Positions 62,901 through 64,000 of a stretch of DNA of 64,000 bases are shown in pieces. A program made the position numbers and the translations under genes. Source of the DNA: Geosiphon pyriformis uo1 (Eukaryota > Fungi > Glomeromycota); the NCBI GenBank assembly GCA_016748015.1, contig JAAOMT010000518.1:434001-498000 (forward strand), in the 5' to 3' direction. Under the pieces are notes generated by a model, which was not told the DNA's origin, did not search any database, and worked only from the letters and a program-made list of their open reading frames with translations. Within the stretch, counting starts at the first letter, position 1. Every line of letters begins with the position of its first letter.

Positions 62901-63214
62901 ATTTGGTGGTTGATCCTCAACTTCAGTGGTTAAATATCCAATAATAGTTCCTTTTGGTATTTTAATAATACTTTCTGTTGTGTTGTAGATAGGAATTTTA
63001 ATATTTTTGGGGCTTTTGGCTGATATATAGAGATTAGTAAGTCCAATCTCTCTTGATTCACAAATAGTGGCTGCTACTTCAAACAACTGAGCTTACTTCC
63101 CTTTTTATGGCTAACATATATTGGTCATATGATGGAATGGAAATTGATTAATGAGTTGAGATAATTTCTTCTTTGTCAACAATTTTTTTCTCTGCCATAT
63201 TGACTGGTATGTCT

Positions 63215-63612
63215 ATTCTACCCATTGATCCAAATTTCTGTATCCCTCTTGTTGTTATACCTAGTTTTTCTTTCTTTCCCACTGAAACTAACTGAGCTAT
63301 TTTCACCAGAGATAAAAATATTGCCTGTGCTATTTTTTTATTTGGTTCTATAATATAGACCTTTTTTAAATTATTTTGTAGCATGACAATGATATTTCCT
63401 ACGTATTCCACATCAATTATCTCTTTTCTGATGTTGATTCTTTTTTTCACTAAACTACTCCTAGATGCTAGTTGAACCATGGTTATTGCTGGAATTTCCA
63501 AAGCTATTTTGAGATCAATACATGTGTGTAAATTTGGTTCCAATTTGATGGCTTTTTTTCCCAGATATCTCAGATTAAACCCTGCATCAGTATTATGTAC
63601 ACATTCTGGCAT
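63215..63612 (-). pseudogene. dUTPase domain of element F
   Basis: HNTDAGFNL, ASRSSLVKK, IIDVEYVG, KIAQ, RGIQKFGSMG. Confidence 0.9.
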
Positions 63613-64000
63613 AATACTTTCATTATTATCATTATATTATTTGAGTTCCTGCTCCTTAGAGAGATCAAGAAGCACAATGTATATTTCAGGGTTTGAATTG
63701 GAGTCTGAATTATTAATATTTTTGTTGTCATATTGCATGGAGCTAAAACTGTTGTTTTCATTATTATCATTGTCAAAATTTGAATTGGGATTGAAAACTG
63801 ATTTCAATTCTGATGCACAGCTGCTGATTAGTTCTTCTTCTGGGATTGTGTAGATCATGCATGATGGTGGATTGTAAATGAGATCACACTTATTACAATA
63901 TTGAAAGTCACAGAGAATTAAGCAATATTGACATAACTGAGTATTTAACTGCTCCAAACGCTGCTCTTGTTCTTCTCTGATAGGTGCTAATTTTTGATAA

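Larger units (their letters stand above)
58355..64000 (-). mobile_element. Ty3/gypsy element F (A family; runs off the window): Cys-rich region, dUTPase, RT, RH, IN, ORF3, 3' LTR 58355-59275
   Basis: ORFs 63637..63957, 63148..63612 (dUTPase), 62247..62657 and 61590..62135 (RT/RH), 60798..61154 (IN HHCC), 60168..60428; nucleotide-colinear with A pol. Confidence 0.93.

Overview
AT-rich eukaryotic DNA with short spliceosomal introns. It looks fungal, and the style suggests Glomeromycotina/Mucoromycota (inference). There are three host genes: the 3' part of a Gbp2/Hrb1-type RRM protein with a long His/Pro-rich tail (2-1670), 26S proteasome subunit RPN2 (35046-39680, +) and the convergent WD40 ribosome-biogenesis gene UTP21/WDR36 (39742-43823, -). 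Most of the rest is two nests of transposable elements. They contain six Ty3/gypsy LTR elements or parts (labelled A-F), two solo LTRs, one full-length RNase H-containing LINE, two LINE 3' fragments, a deleted Tc1 element and an intron-containing pogo element. The retroelements carry heavy, almost transition-only C>T/G>A damage that resembles RIP. The most interesting signal is the complex-retrovirus-like organisation of the gypsy elements. Three copies have a Cys-rich insert plus a dUTPase between PR and RT. A non-Env accessory ORF3 behind its own TATA box recurs across families and diverges together with a family-specific tandem array in the adjacent U3. A covarying three-way-junction RNA motif sits in U5, next to a reading frame that runs from the LTR through the PBS into gag. 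A perfect Tn5/Nextera mosaic end at 6312-6330 marks a probable assembly artefact. All alignments were done by eye and no database searches were run.
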